This document shows positions 1 through 8,638 of a stretch of DNA of 32,000 nt, one piece after another. The position numbers and the translations under genes are program-made. Location: the NCBI GenBank assembly GCA_021735045.1, contig JAIPHU010000010.1, forward strand, positions 1 to 32,000. Direction: 5' to 3'. Within the stretch, counting starts at the first letter, position 1; each line of letters opens with the position of its first letter. This stretch comes from Candidatus Omnitrophota bacterium. Its GTDB lineage: Bacteria > Omnitrophota > Gorgyraeia > Duberdicusellales > 4484-171. The notes beneath the pieces were generated by a model. The model was not told where the DNA came from. It worked only from the letters and a program-made list of their open reading frames with translations, and ran no database searches.

Positions 1-131
1 CGAGTAATTCGGCTTAGTGCCATTAAAAATAAAGGTATTCGCTAAATAATTGCATTAGGTATAAAGGCACTGCGCCGAGTAATTCGGCTTAGTGCCATTA
101 AAAATAAAGGTATTCGCTAAATAATTGCATT
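1..131. repeat. Tandem direct duplication: identical 56-bp unit at 1-56 and 76-131 (75-bp period, 19-bp spacer). The left copy may be truncated by the window edge.
   Basis: Base-by-base comparison: cgagtaattcggcttagtgccattaaaaataaaggtattcgctaaataattgcatt occurs twice with no mismatch. The spacer plus the start of copy 2 forms an interrupted hairpin at 66-96 (ggcact..gccga-gtaat-tcggc..agtgcc). Confidence 0.85.
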
Positions 132-148
132 TTTAATGGAGGTAAATG

Positions 149-358
149 ATGGCACATCCCAAACGAAAACATTCTCATGCGCGAACTCATAAAAAAAGGA
201 CGCATCAAAAAGTACATTCTCCCTCATTGGTGAAATGTAGCCAGTGCAAAAAACCTAAACCTAAAAATATGGTTTGTCCTTTTTGTGGTTATTATAAAAA
301 TAAAGAGATAATAAAAATCGAGCCAAAAGAAAATAAGAAGAAAAAAAGACAAGGCTAA
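149..358 (+). CDS. rpmF: 50S ribosomal protein L32 (zinc-ribbon form with CxxC...CxxC)
   Basis: N-terminus MAHPKRKHSHARTHKKRTH is typical of L32. CSQC...CPFC gives two Cys pairs. GGAGG at 138-142 sits 6 nt before the ATG at 149; the ORF-track start at 146 is one codon upstream. It lies directly upstream of plsX, as in the conserved rpmF-plsX-fab operon. Confidence 0.93.
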   Translation: MAHPKRKHSHARTHKKRTHQKVHSPSLVKCSQCKKPKPKNMVCPFCGYYKNKEIIKIEPKENKKKKRQG

Positions 359-361
359 TTC

Positions 362-1387
362 ATGAATAAGTTTAAGATAGGCATAGATACATCCGGAGGG
401 GATCTTGCTCCTTTAGAAATTATCAAAGGGGCGATTTTAGCTAAAAAAGAAGTAGATCAAGAAATAGTTTTAATCGGGGATAAAGAAAAGCTAGAAGAAG
501 AGCTTAAAAAATATAAGTCAAATTTTGCTATTGTTAATGCTCCGGAAAAAATTAGTATGGCTGAGGCACCAGTTTCTGCAGTAAGAAAAAAAAGAAAATC
601 TTCAATAGTTACGGGGTGCCAACTTCTTAAAAAAAGAGAGATTGATGCTTTTGTCTCCTGTGGCAACACCGGAGCTGTAGTTTGTGCTTCAGCATTAATT
701 TTAAGGTTTATCGAAGGCATAGAGCGTCCGGGTATAGCGTTGATGTTTCCCACTCAAAAAGGGATTTCTTTGCTTATTGATGCTGGTGCGAATATCGATT
801 GTAAACCGATCCATCTTCTCCAATACGGGGTGATGGCCTCTGTTTATTACAGCACTGTTTTAGAAAAGAAAGAACCCACGGTGGGTCTTCTTAATATTGG
901 CGAAGAAGCATCCAAAGGGCTTGAACTATTAAAAAACACACATAAGCTTTTTAAACTTTCATCTTTAAACTTTTCTGGTAATATAGAAGCTAAAAGTATT
1001 CTTTCGGGAAATTCTGATTGTATCGTTTGTGATGGGTTTGTCGGTAATATTGCCCTAAAAGTTCTTGAAGGAAGCACTGAAGCTATGGGTAAGCTTTTTA
1101 TTGAGTTTATGAAAAAAAGTTTATCAGGCAAGTTAGGACTTTTACTTGCAAAAGGGAATCTTAAAAGACTTAAGGAATCAATAGATTATTCTGAGTATGG
1201 AGGAGCCCCTCTTTTAGGTGTAGATGGGGTGGTGATTATCGGTCACGGAAGATCTGATGCTAAGGCAGTAAAAAATGCAATAAGGGTAGCAGCTAGAGAG
1301 TTAAAAAGAGAACTTAATGAAAGGATAAGGGAAAAAGTAAATGAAACCTGTCAAGATAGTAGGATTAGGCAAATACTTGCCGCCTAA
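362..1387 (+). CDS. plsX: Phosphate acyltransferase PlsX
   Basis: 341-aa ORF with IGIDTSGGD, SCGNTGA and VIIGHGRSD motifs. Conserved position between rpmF and fabH. Confidence 0.93.
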   Translation: MNKFKIGIDTSGGDLAPLEIIKGAILAKKEVDQEIVLIGDKEKLEEELKKYKSNFAIVNAPEKISMAEAPVSAVRKKRKSSIVTGCQLLKKREIDAFVSCGNTGAVVCASALILRFIEGIERPGIALMFPTQKGISLLIDAGANIDCKPIHLLQYGVMASVYYSTVLEKKEPTVGLLNIGEEASKGLELLKNTHKLFKLSSLNFSGNIEAKSILSGNSDCIVCDGFVGNIALKVLEGSTEAMGKLFIEFMKKSLSGKLGLLLAKGNLKRLKESIDYSEYGGAPLLGVDGVVIIGHGRSDAKAVKNAIRVAARELKRELNERIREKVNETCQDSRIRQILAA

Positions 1388-2318
1388 AAAATTAACAAAT
1401 TCTGACTTAGAAAAAATGGTCGATACTTCTGACGAGTGGATTACAACTCGTACCGGAATAAAAGAAAGAAGAATTGCTGAAGATATGCCATCTTCAGAAT
1501 TAGCCTATCGAGCTTCTCAACAAGCCTTAAAAAATGCAGGTCTAGGTGCTGATGATCTAGATTTAATAATAGTAGCCTCAATTACTCCTGATAATTTTTT
1601 TCCTTCTACTGCTTGTCGGCTGCAAAGCTTATTAAAAGCTAGGAAGGCAGCAGCTTTTGATATTTCTGCTGCTTGTTCCGGTTTTGTTTATGGCCTAACT
1701 TGTGCTTGGCAGATGATTGGAGCAGGATTATATAAAAATGTTTTAGTGGTAGGCAGTGAGGTTCTTTCTTCAGTGACTGATTGGCAAGACCGTTCTACTT
1801 GTGTCCTTTTTGGTGATGGAGCCGGCGCCGCAGTATTAACTGAGGCCACTAAAAAGAGTTTTTTAAGTTCTCATCTAGGTGCAGATGGTTCACGTGCAGC
1901 TCTTTTAAATATTCCTGCTGGCGGTTCACGAATGCCAGCTTCACAGCAGACAGTTGATGATAAACTGCACTGTATAAAGATGAAAGGTAATGAGTTATTT
2001 AGGGTTGCAGTTAGAGTTATGGTAGATGCTGCTAAGATTTCTTTATCAAAAGCAGGTCTTAAGCCAGAAGATCTAGATATGTTAGTTCCGCATCAGGCGA
2101 ATAAAAGGATAATAGATGCTGTAGTTAAAAGTTTAAAAATAAAAGATAAAGTGTATTTTAACCTTTCTCGTTATGGCAACATGTCTTCTGCTTCTTGTGC
2201 AGTAGCTCTTTGTGAAGCTTATCAAGAGTCAAAAATAAAAAAAGGAGATATTGTAGTCTTAGATACATTTGGTGGCGGCCTTGTTTGGGGCAGTTGTGTT
2301 ATCAAGTGGGCATTATAA
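1341..2318 (+). CDS. fabH: 3-oxoacyl-ACP synthase III (KAS III)
   Basis: 325 aa. Catalytic triad contexts are present: AACSGF (Cys), VPHQAN (His), GNMSSAS (Asn). The N-terminus KIVGLGKYLPPKKLTNSDLE is typical of FabH. Overlaps the plsX 3' end by 47 nt. Confidence 0.93.
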   Translation: MKPVKIVGLGKYLPPKKLTNSDLEKMVDTSDEWITTRTGIKERRIAEDMPSSELAYRASQQALKNAGLGADDLDLIIVASITPDNFFPSTACRLQSLLKARKAAAFDISAACSGFVYGLTCAWQMIGAGLYKNVLVVGSEVLSSVTDWQDRSTCVLFGDGAGAAVLTEATKKSFLSSHLGADGSRAALLNIPAGGSRMPASQQTVDDKLHCIKMKGNELFRVAVRVMVDAAKISLSKAGLKPEDLDMLVPHQANKRIIDAVVKSLKIKDKVYFNLSRYGNMSSASCAVALCEAYQESKIKKGDIVVLDTFGGGLVWGSCVIKWAL

Positions 2319-2340
2319 TAAGGTAAAGGTTAAAGAGGTG

Positions 2341-3261
2341 ATGGATTTGAGTAAGAAAGCGATAATATTTCCAGGACAAGGGGCTCAATATCCTCAGATG
2401 GGGTTGAGTTTATATAAAAATTTTCCAGAAGCAAAAAAAGTTTTTGATTTAGTAGATCAAGTGTCTGAAATCAAAGTTTCACAAGCCATATTTAATGAAG
2501 ACTCTTCTAAGCTCAAAGATACATCTATTCAACAGTTAGCCATTTTGGCAGTTAGCCTAGCAGCTTATAAACAAGCAAAGAGTAGTTTAGATAATATTGA
2601 ATTTGTTTCGGGGTTAAGTTTAGGTGAGTATAGCTGCCTTTATGCTGGTGGAGTTCTTTCTCTGGAAGATGTTATTATTTTAGTTAAAACTCGAGCCCAA
2701 GCGATGCAAAGAGCCGCGACCAAAAATCCTTCCTCAATGCTTGCAATTATCGGCACTGAACCAAAAGATCTAGAGCCTGAGTCTAGGAGTTTAAAATTTT
2801 ATATTGCAAATATTAATGCTCCTTCGCAAGTAGTTATTTCTGTAAGTAATCAAGATAAAGAGAATATAAAGTCTAATTTAGAAAAAAAAGGATTGAGGGT
2901 GATTGAACTTAGTGTTTCGGGAGGATTCCATTCTCCCTTTATGGAATCAGCTCGGGATGAACTAAGAGAAGTTGTGAACCAATTACAATTTTCTGATGCA
3001 AAAATTCCGATTGTGAGCAATGTAACCGCCACCGAACATATAAAGTCTGAACAAATAAAGGAAAATTTAATCAAACAATTAGTTAATCCTGTATTATGGA
3101 TGGATTCAGTGAAATATCTTTCAGAAAAAAATGTAAATTGTTTTTATGAGGTAGGGCCTGGAAAAATTTTAAAAGGAATTTTAAGAAAGATAGACAGAGA
3201 TTTAAAAGTTGTAAATATTGAGAAGAAGGAAGATTTAGACAAGTTAAATTTTAAAAGCTAG
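2341..3261 (+). CDS. fabD: Malonyl-CoA:ACP transacylase
   Basis: FPGQGAQY, GLSLGEYS (active-site Ser) and GGFHSP motifs. I start it at ATG 2341 (preceded by aaagaggtg) rather than the ORF-track start at 2269, which would overlap fabH. Confidence 0.92.
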   Translation: MDLSKKAIIFPGQGAQYPQMGLSLYKNFPEAKKVFDLVDQVSEIKVSQAIFNEDSSKLKDTSIQQLAILAVSLAAYKQAKSSLDNIEFVSGLSLGEYSCLYAGGVLSLEDVIILVKTRAQAMQRAATKNPSSMLAIIGTEPKDLEPESRSLKFYIANINAPSQVVISVSNQDKENIKSNLEKKGLRVIELSVSGGFHSPFMESARDELREVVNQLQFSDAKIPIVSNVTATEHIKSEQIKENLIKQLVNPVLWMDSVKYLSEKNVNCFYEVGPGKILKGILRKIDRDLKVVNIEKKEDLDKLNFKS

Positions 3262-3264
3262 ATA

Positions 3265-3396
3265 AATCCAAATTACAAATATCAAATAACAAATTAATTT
3301 CAAATATCAAATATCCAATTAATATTAATTTTAAAAATTTGGATTTTGTAATTTATTATTGATTTGGCATTTGGGTTTTGTAATTTGATATTATTA
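3265..3396. repeat. Intergenic element built from inverted arrays of 7-bp repeats (CAAATWW on the top strand, then the same motif on the bottom strand)
   Basis: CAAAT starts at 3269, 3276, 3283, 3290, 3301 and 3308 (spacings 7, 7, 7, 11, 7). After an AT-only centre (~3321-3336), ATTTG or TTTTG starts at 3337, 3344, 3362, 3369, 3376 and 3383, again in 7-bp register. It fills the whole fabD-fabG gap. Confidence 0.75.
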
Positions 3397-3410
3397 AAAA
3401 AAGGAGGAGT

Positions 3411-4145
3411 ATGGATTTTAAAGATAAAGTAGTAGTAATTACTGGTGCTGCTAGAGGGATTGGCAGACAGATTGCTTTTGATTTTGCCAAAAGAGGGGCA
3501 AAAGTAGCTTTATTTGATTTAGATCAAGAGCAGCTTGAATCCACAAAAAAGGAATTAGCTGATATTACAGAATGTCAGGCATATCCAGTTGATGTCACAA
3601 ATGCTCAACAGTTGGCAGATACAATAGACAAAGTTATTGACAACTTTTCAAAGATTGATATATTAGTTAACAATGCTGGGATAACCAAAGACAGCCTAGC
3701 TTTAAGGCTCTCTGAAACTGACTGGGATAAGGTTCTTGAAATTAACTTAAAAGGGGCATTTTTAACCTCAAAGGTTGTTTTAAAGAAAATGTTAAAACAG
3801 CGCAGTGGTAAAATTGTCAATATTTCTTCAATAATTGGAATTGTTGGCAATCCTGGTCAATCTAACTATTCAGCTTCCAAAGCAGGATTAATCGGATTAA
3901 CAAAATCTCTTTCTAAGGAGGTAGGCCCTAGAGGCATTAATGTTAATGCTGTAGCTCCAGGCTATATTGAAACTAAGATGACAGAAAGCCTGCCGGATAA
4001 AGTTAAAGAAGAGATGCTTAAAAGAATTTCTTTAAAAAGGTTTGGGTCAACTGAAAATGTAGCCAGCACCGTATTATTTTTGTCTTCGGAACTGGCAGAC
4101 TATATAACAGGGCAAGTAGTTGTTGTTGACGGTGGTATGATTTAG
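3411..4145 (+). CDS. fabG: 3-oxoacyl-ACP reductase (SDR family)
   Basis: 244 aa with [12 protein letters not shown] Rossmann motif, NNAG, and YSASKAG (catalytic Tyr/Lys). Strong RBS aaggagga 5 nt upstream. Operon context. Confidence 0.93.
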   Translation: MDFKDKVVVITGAARGIGRQIAFDFAKRGAKVALFDLDQEQLESTKKELADITECQAYPVDVTNAQQLADTIDKVIDNFSKIDILVNNAGITKDSLALRLSETDWDKVLEINLKGAFLTSKVVLKKMLKQRSGKIVNISSIIGIVGNPGQSNYSASKAGLIGLTKSLSKEVGPRGINVNAVAPGYIETKMTESLPDKVKEEMLKRISLKRFGSTENVASTVLFLSSELADYITGQVVVVDGGMI

Positions 4146-4164
4146 AAAAAAAAGGAGGTCTCTG

Positions 4165-4395
4165 ATGGCGATTGAAGAAAAGGTAAAAGAAATTATTTCA
4201 GAACAACTGGGTGTAAAAAAGGAAGAAATAAAACCAGAAAGTTCTTTTATCGACGATTTAGGTGCTGATTCTTTAGACACAGTAGAGGTTGTTATGGCCT
4301 TGGAAGAAGAGTTTGGTATAGAAATACCTGATGAAGATGCAGAAAAAATTACAAAAGTTGGAGAAGCTATTAAATATATTGAGGAAAAGAAATAG
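4165..4395 (+). CDS. acpP: Acyl carrier protein
   Basis: 76 aa, acidic, with [10 protein letters not shown] (phosphopantetheine-attachment Ser). RBS aaggagg. Confidence 0.95.
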   Translation: MAIEEKVKEIISEQLGVKKEEIKPESSFIDDLGADSLDTVEVVMALEEEFGIEIPDEDAEKITKVGEAIKYIEEKK

Positions 4396-4411
4396 TAAAA
4401 TTGAGCTATAA

Positions 4412-5644
4412 ATGAATAAGGTTGTTGTCACTAGTTGTGGAGTGGTCTCTCCAGTTGGTATAGGAAAAGGTAAATTTTGGGATGCTGTGACTAACGGAAA
4501 AAGCGGTGTTGGTCCGATCACTCAATTTGATGCTGGGCAATTTGATAGTAAAATTGCTGGCCAAGTCAATGATTTTGATCCTGCCGGTTTTCTTTCAGCA
4601 AAAGAACAAAGGCGAATTCCTAGATTTGTTCAATTTTCGCTTCAAGCTGCGCAAGAAGCGATTGATCAATCCGGAATTGATTTTAAACAAATCGATCCTT
4701 ATCAAGCTGGAACTATTGTCGGTTCAGGTGTAGGTAGTCTTGAGACTATAGAGAAGGAACACAAGGTGCTTTTAGAGAAAGGGCCTCGTAGGCTTTCTCC
4801 GTTTATGATTCCGATGCTAATCACCAATGAAGCTGCTGGCCATGTAGCGATTCGTTTTGGCTTGAAAGGCCCTAATCTCTGTACAGTTACTGCTTGTGCT
4901 TCTGGAGCTCATGCTATTGGGGAAGCTTACCGAGTTATCAAGGAGGGGAAAGCTAAAGTAATGCTTTGTGGTGGGACTGAAGCTTGTATAGTCCCTCTTG
5001 GTGTAGGCGGTTTTTGTGCCCTTAAAGCCTTGTCCCGGCGTAACGATGACCCGAATAAAGCTAGCCGTCCTTTTGATCGAGAAAGGGATGGTTTTATTAT
5101 GGCAGAAGGTGCCGGTATGGTTGTTTTAGAAGAGATGGAGCATGCTAGAAAAAGAGGAGCTAAAATTTATGGTGAGCTTTCTGGATATGGAAGTACTTGT
5201 GATGCGTATCATATTACGGCGCCGGACCCAAATGGAGCAGCTGCAGCTGAGGCAATGAAATCAGCTTTGATTGAAGCATCTTTTGATAAAACTAAATCGA
5301 TTCATATTAATACTCATGGTACAAGTACTATGCTTAACGATAAGATGGAGACAAAAGCTATTAAATCAGTATTTGGACAAAAACCTAAAAACCTAGCAAT
5401 TAGTTCTATAAAATCTATGCTGGGTCATACTTTAGGAGCAGCTGGGGCTATTGAGTTTGTTAGTTGTTGTCTTACTTTAGAAAAGAATGTAGTCCCACCT
5501 ACCATAAACTATAAATATCCAGATCCTGATTGTGACCTGGATTACACGCCAAATCAAGCCCGAGAATTAAAAGTTGATGCCTGCCTTTCAAATTCTTTAG
5601 GATTTGGAGGCCACAACGCCTCTCTTTTAGTTGAGAAGATATAA
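4412..5644 (+). CDS. fabF: 3-oxoacyl-ACP synthase II (KAS II)
   Basis: 410 aa with ACASGAHAIG (Cys), AYHITAP and NTHGTST (His pair), and GFGGHN near the C-terminus. Confidence 0.93.
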   Translation: MNKVVVTSCGVVSPVGIGKGKFWDAVTNGKSGVGPITQFDAGQFDSKIAGQVNDFDPAGFLSAKEQRRIPRFVQFSLQAAQEAIDQSGIDFKQIDPYQAGTIVGSGVGSLETIEKEHKVLLEKGPRRLSPFMIPMLITNEAAGHVAIRFGLKGPNLCTVTACASGAHAIGEAYRVIKEGKAKVMLCGGTEACIVPLGVGGFCALKALSRRNDDPNKASRPFDRERDGFIMAEGAGMVVLEEMEHARKRGAKIYGELSGYGSTCDAYHITAPDPNGAAAAEAMKSALIEASFDKTKSIHINTHGTSTMLNDKMETKAIKSVFGQKPKNLAISSIKSMLGHTLGAAGAIEFVSCCLTLEKNVVPPTINYKYPDPDCDLDYTPNQARELKVDACLSNSLGFGGHNASLLVEKI

Positions 5645-5645
5645 G

Positions 5646-6920
5646 ATGGGTTTAACATTAATTGAAAAAATTTTAAAAAAGAAGTCAATCAACAAAAGAT
5701 TGGATGATTTTATTTATGCTAAAGTTGATTTTTGTTTTGGTAATGATATAACTGCACCTTTAGCAATAAAAGAATTTGCCAAAGCTAAGTTTAGGTCTGT
5801 TTATAATCCAAGAAAAATAGGTTTTTTTTGTGACCATTTTGTGCCGGCTCGCGATCAGAAAGCTGCAAATAATGTAAAAAAACTAAAAGGTTTTGCTGCA
5901 AAATATAAGATTAAGAACTTTTATGATACTAATACCTGTGGTATAGAACATGTTTTCTTACCGGAAAAAGGTTTAGTCAAGACCGGCGACTTAGTTATTG
6001 GTGCTGATTCTCATAGTTGTACCTACGGAGCTTTAGGAGCAGCAAGTTTCGGTGTAGGTTCAACAGATTTAGCTGCTGCGATTAAGGAAGGACGTTGTTG
6101 GTTTAAGAAACCAGAAACTATTAAGTTTTATTATTCAGGTAAAATACCTAAATGGTTTACTGGTAAAGATTTAATCCTTTATACTATAGGTCAAATTGGA
6201 GTAAGCGGAGCACTTTATAAAACTATGGAGTTTAGTGGGCCGGTAGTTAAAAAAATGACTATAGAAGACAGGTTTACTATTTGCAATATGGCGATAGAAG
6301 CTGGGGCTCAAACCGGAATAGTTGAACCGGATAAAAAGACAGTTAAATATATAAAAGCGGCCAATCCTCGCATAAAAAATGTTCCGCTGCTAAAAAGTGA
6401 TAAAGATGCAAATTATTATAAAGTTATAAAGTTTGACATCTCTCAGTTAATGCCTCAAGTTGCTTGCCCTCATCTACCCAGTAATGTAGTGGATGTAGAT
6501 AAGTTAAAAAAAGTAAGTTTGGATCAAGTTGTTATTGGATCTTGTACAAATGGCCGCCTTAAGGATTTAGCTGAAGCTGCGCAGATATTAAAGGAAAAAA
6601 CAGTTAAAAAGGGCTTAAGGGCTATTGTTATTCCTGGTTCTCATAAAGTTTATAATCAAGCTCTTAAAAAAGGATACTTAAATATTTTTCATAAATCAGG
6701 TTTTATGGTTTCTCCGCCTACCTGCGGGCCTTGTTTAGGGGGCCATACTGGTATTTTAGATAAAGGTGAGGTTGCTCTTGCTACAACTAACAGGAATTTT
6801 ATCGGTAGAATGGGCCACCCGGAAAGTTTTGTTTACTTGTCTAATCCTGCAGTAGCAGCAGCAAGTAGTATTACAGGCAGGATCACTCATCCGGCAGAGG
6901 TAGGAGGGGGTAGTAAGTAG
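5646..6920 (+). CDS. leuC: 3-isopropylmalate/(homo)aconitate-type dehydratase large subunit (short, type-2 aconitase-family)
   Basis: GADSHSCTYGALGA, IGSCTNGR and CGPCLG (Fe-S cluster Cys contexts). ATG 5646 lies 1 nt after the fabF stop; the ORF-track start at 5631 is a TTG inside fabF. Confidence 0.88.
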   Translation: MGLTLIEKILKKKSINKRLDDFIYAKVDFCFGNDITAPLAIKEFAKAKFRSVYNPRKIGFFCDHFVPARDQKAANNVKKLKGFAAKYKIKNFYDTNTCGIEHVFLPEKGLVKTGDLVIGADSHSCTYGALGAASFGVGSTDLAAAIKEGRCWFKKPETIKFYYSGKIPKWFTGKDLILYTIGQIGVSGALYKTMEFSGPVVKKMTIEDRFTICNMAIEAGAQTGIVEPDKKTVKYIKAANPRIKNVPLLKSDKDANYYKVIKFDISQLMPQVACPHLPSNVVDVDKLKKVSLDQVVIGSCTNGRLKDLAEAAQILKEKTVKKGLRAIVIPGSHKVYNQALKKGYLNIFHKSGFMVSPPTCGPCLGGHTGILDKGEVALATTNRNFIGRMGHPESFVYLSNPAVAAASSITGRITHPAEVGGGSK

Positions 6921-6925
6921 GAATA

Positions 6926-7012
6926 ATCAACGAATTTACTAATCTCTACGAATTTGCGAATTAGTATAAATGTTTATTCGTATATTCGTAAAAAATTCGT
7001 ACATTCGGTGAT
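6926..7012. repeat. 87-bp imperfect palindromic element with 10-bp terminal inverted repeats and seven CGAAT/ATTCG pentamers (copy 1)
   Basis: Termini are atcaacgaat (6926-6935) and attcggtgat (7003-7012). CGAAT starts at 6931, 6949 and 6957; ATTCG starts at 6976, 6984, 6995 and 7003. It is homologous to the reverse complement of 17408-17493: the first 20 nt are identical and overall identity is about three-quarters by eye. Confidence 0.85.
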
Positions 7013-7027
7013 GATCGTTAATTAATC

Positions 7028-7510
7028 ATGATAATAAAAGGGAAAGTTCACAAATTAGGCGATGATATAAATACTGATGATATTATTGCAGCTAAATACC
7101 TGGATTCTCAAGATCCTAACTTTTTGGGAGATAGGTGCATGGAAAATATTGATCCTAGTTTTTCCAAAAAGGTAAATAAAGGTGATATTATTGTGGCTGG
7201 GCAAAATTTTGGCTGTGGTTCATCGCGTGAACATGCTCCAATTGCGATTAAGGGCTCTGGCATAGCTTTAGTTGTGGCAGAGAGTTTTGCCCGGATTTTT
7301 TTTAGAAATGCTATAAATATTGGTTTACCGATCATAGAGTTGAAAAAAACAACTAAAATATCAAATGGCGATTTAGTTAAAGCTGATTTAGCTAAGGGGG
7401 TAATTGAAAATAAAACTAAAAGTAAACTGTATCAAACAAACTCCTTCCCTCAATTTTTACAGAAGATAATCGCAAAAGGCGGACTCATAAATTGGATAAA
7501 ATCTAAATAG
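7028..7510 (+). CDS. leuD: 3-isopropylmalate/(homo)aconitate-type dehydratase small subunit
   Basis: 160 aa with GQNFGCGSSREHA (swivel-domain motif). Adjacent to leuC. Confidence 0.88.
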   Translation: MIIKGKVHKLGDDINTDDIIAAKYLDSQDPNFLGDRCMENIDPSFSKKVNKGDIIVAGQNFGCGSSREHAPIAIKGSGIALVVAESFARIFFRNAINIGLPIIELKKTTKISNGDLVKADLAKGVIENKTKSKLYQTNSFPQFLQKIIAKGGLINWIKSK

Positions 7511-7544
7511 AAATAATATATATTTGAAAATAAAGGAGATAAAA

Positions 7545-8612
7545 ATGTCTAAAAAATATAAAATTGCAGTAATTGGTGGAGATGGCACTGGCCCGGAAGT
7601 AGTAAAAGAAGGCCTAAAAGTCTTAGAAGCAGTTTCTGATAAATACAAGATTGATTATGAAACAGTAGACTATGATTTTGGCGGTCAACGATATCTAAAA
7701 ACAGGTGAGGTTTTACCTAATTCTGCCATAGAAGAGCTAAAAAGTTTTGATGCTATATACCTAGGAGCAATTGGGCACCCGGATGTAAAACCAGGAATAT
7801 TAGAAAAAGGTATTTTGCTGCGGCTTCGTTTTGAGCTTGATCAATATATTAATCTGCGGCCGGTTGTTTTGTATGATCAAAAATATTGTCCCCTTGATTT
7901 AGGCCAAAATCAAAAGATAGATTTTACAGTAGTAAGAGAAAACACCGAAGGCCTTTATTGTGGTGCTGGTGGATTTCTTCGTAAAGATACTACTGATGAA
8001 GTTGCAATTCAAGAAAGTATTAACTCCTATAAAGGAGTAGAACGGTGTATAAGGTATGCGTTTGAGTATGCTAAAAATAAAAGTAAAGATAAAAAAGTTA
8101 CTCTTTGTGGAAAAACTAATGTTTTAACTTATGCATTTTCACTTTGGCAGAGAGTTTTTGATAAGGTTGCAAAAGATTATCCTGAACTAAAAACCGATTA
8201 TGCTCATGTTGATGCAACTTGTATGTGGATGGTCAAAAATCCTGAATGGTTTGATGTAATTGTTACCGATAATATGTTTGGAGATATAATAACTGATCTA
8301 GGAGCAATGATCCAAGGGGGTATGGGAATAGCAGCCGGTGGTAATATTAACCCTAAAGGAGTGAGTATGTTTGAGCCAATTGGCGGCAGTGCCCCTAAAT
8401 ATACTGGCAAAGGTCTAATAAATCCTTTAGCTGCAATTTGTGCTGTTTCGATGTTGCTTAACCAAATTGGCCAAGAACAAGCTGCAAAGGCGGTTGAGGA
8501 TTCAGTGAAGAAAGTTGTTCAGGAAAAACTTCAATCTTTAGGAGCAGGAAGAATGGGTTATTCAACTTCTGAAGTTGGTGATTTAGTGGTAAAAAATATA
8601 ATTGATAATTAA
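7545..8612 (+). CDS. leuB: 3-isopropylmalate dehydrogenase family (beta-decarboxylating dehydrogenase)
   Basis: IGGDGTGPEV, NLRPV, VRENTEGLY and DNMFGDIITDLGA motifs. ATG 7545 is preceded by aaggag (7533-7538); the ORF-track start at 7524 is 7 codons upstream. Confidence 0.85.
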   Translation: MSKKYKIAVIGGDGTGPEVVKEGLKVLEAVSDKYKIDYETVDYDFGGQRYLKTGEVLPNSAIEELKSFDAIYLGAIGHPDVKPGILEKGILLRLRFELDQYINLRPVVLYDQKYCPLDLGQNQKIDFTVVRENTEGLYCGAGGFLRKDTTDEVAIQESINSYKGVERCIRYAFEYAKNKSKDKKVTLCGKTNVLTYAFSLWQRVFDKVAKDYPELKTDYAHVDATCMWMVKNPEWFDVIVTDNMFGDIITDLGAMIQGGMGIAAGGNINPKGVSMFEPIGGSAPKYTGKGLINPLAAICAVSMLLNQIGQEQAAKAVEDSVKKVVQEKLQSLGAGRMGYSTSEVGDLVVKNIIDN

Positions 8613-8638
8613 TAAATGATAATTGAGGTGATAAAAGT

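Noticed and set aside
66-96. The hairpin in the rpmF-upstream duplication as a terminator
   Set aside because: On the + strand it is followed by attaaaaat, not a U-tract. On the - strand only a weak tttata follows, and no minus-strand gene is present.
3265-3396. CRISPR-like interpretation of the short-period repeat arrays (also 23543-23618)
   Set aside because: The units are only 7 bp with no spacers, the arrays switch strand midway, and there are no cas genes. This is not CRISPR architecture.
4506-4733. Plus-strand out-of-frame ORFs inside fabF (4506-4733), ftsI (19153-19353) and ftsW (26509-26700)
   Set aside because: They sit in alternative frames of confidently identified genes and have no motifs or RBS. 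They are chance ORFs.
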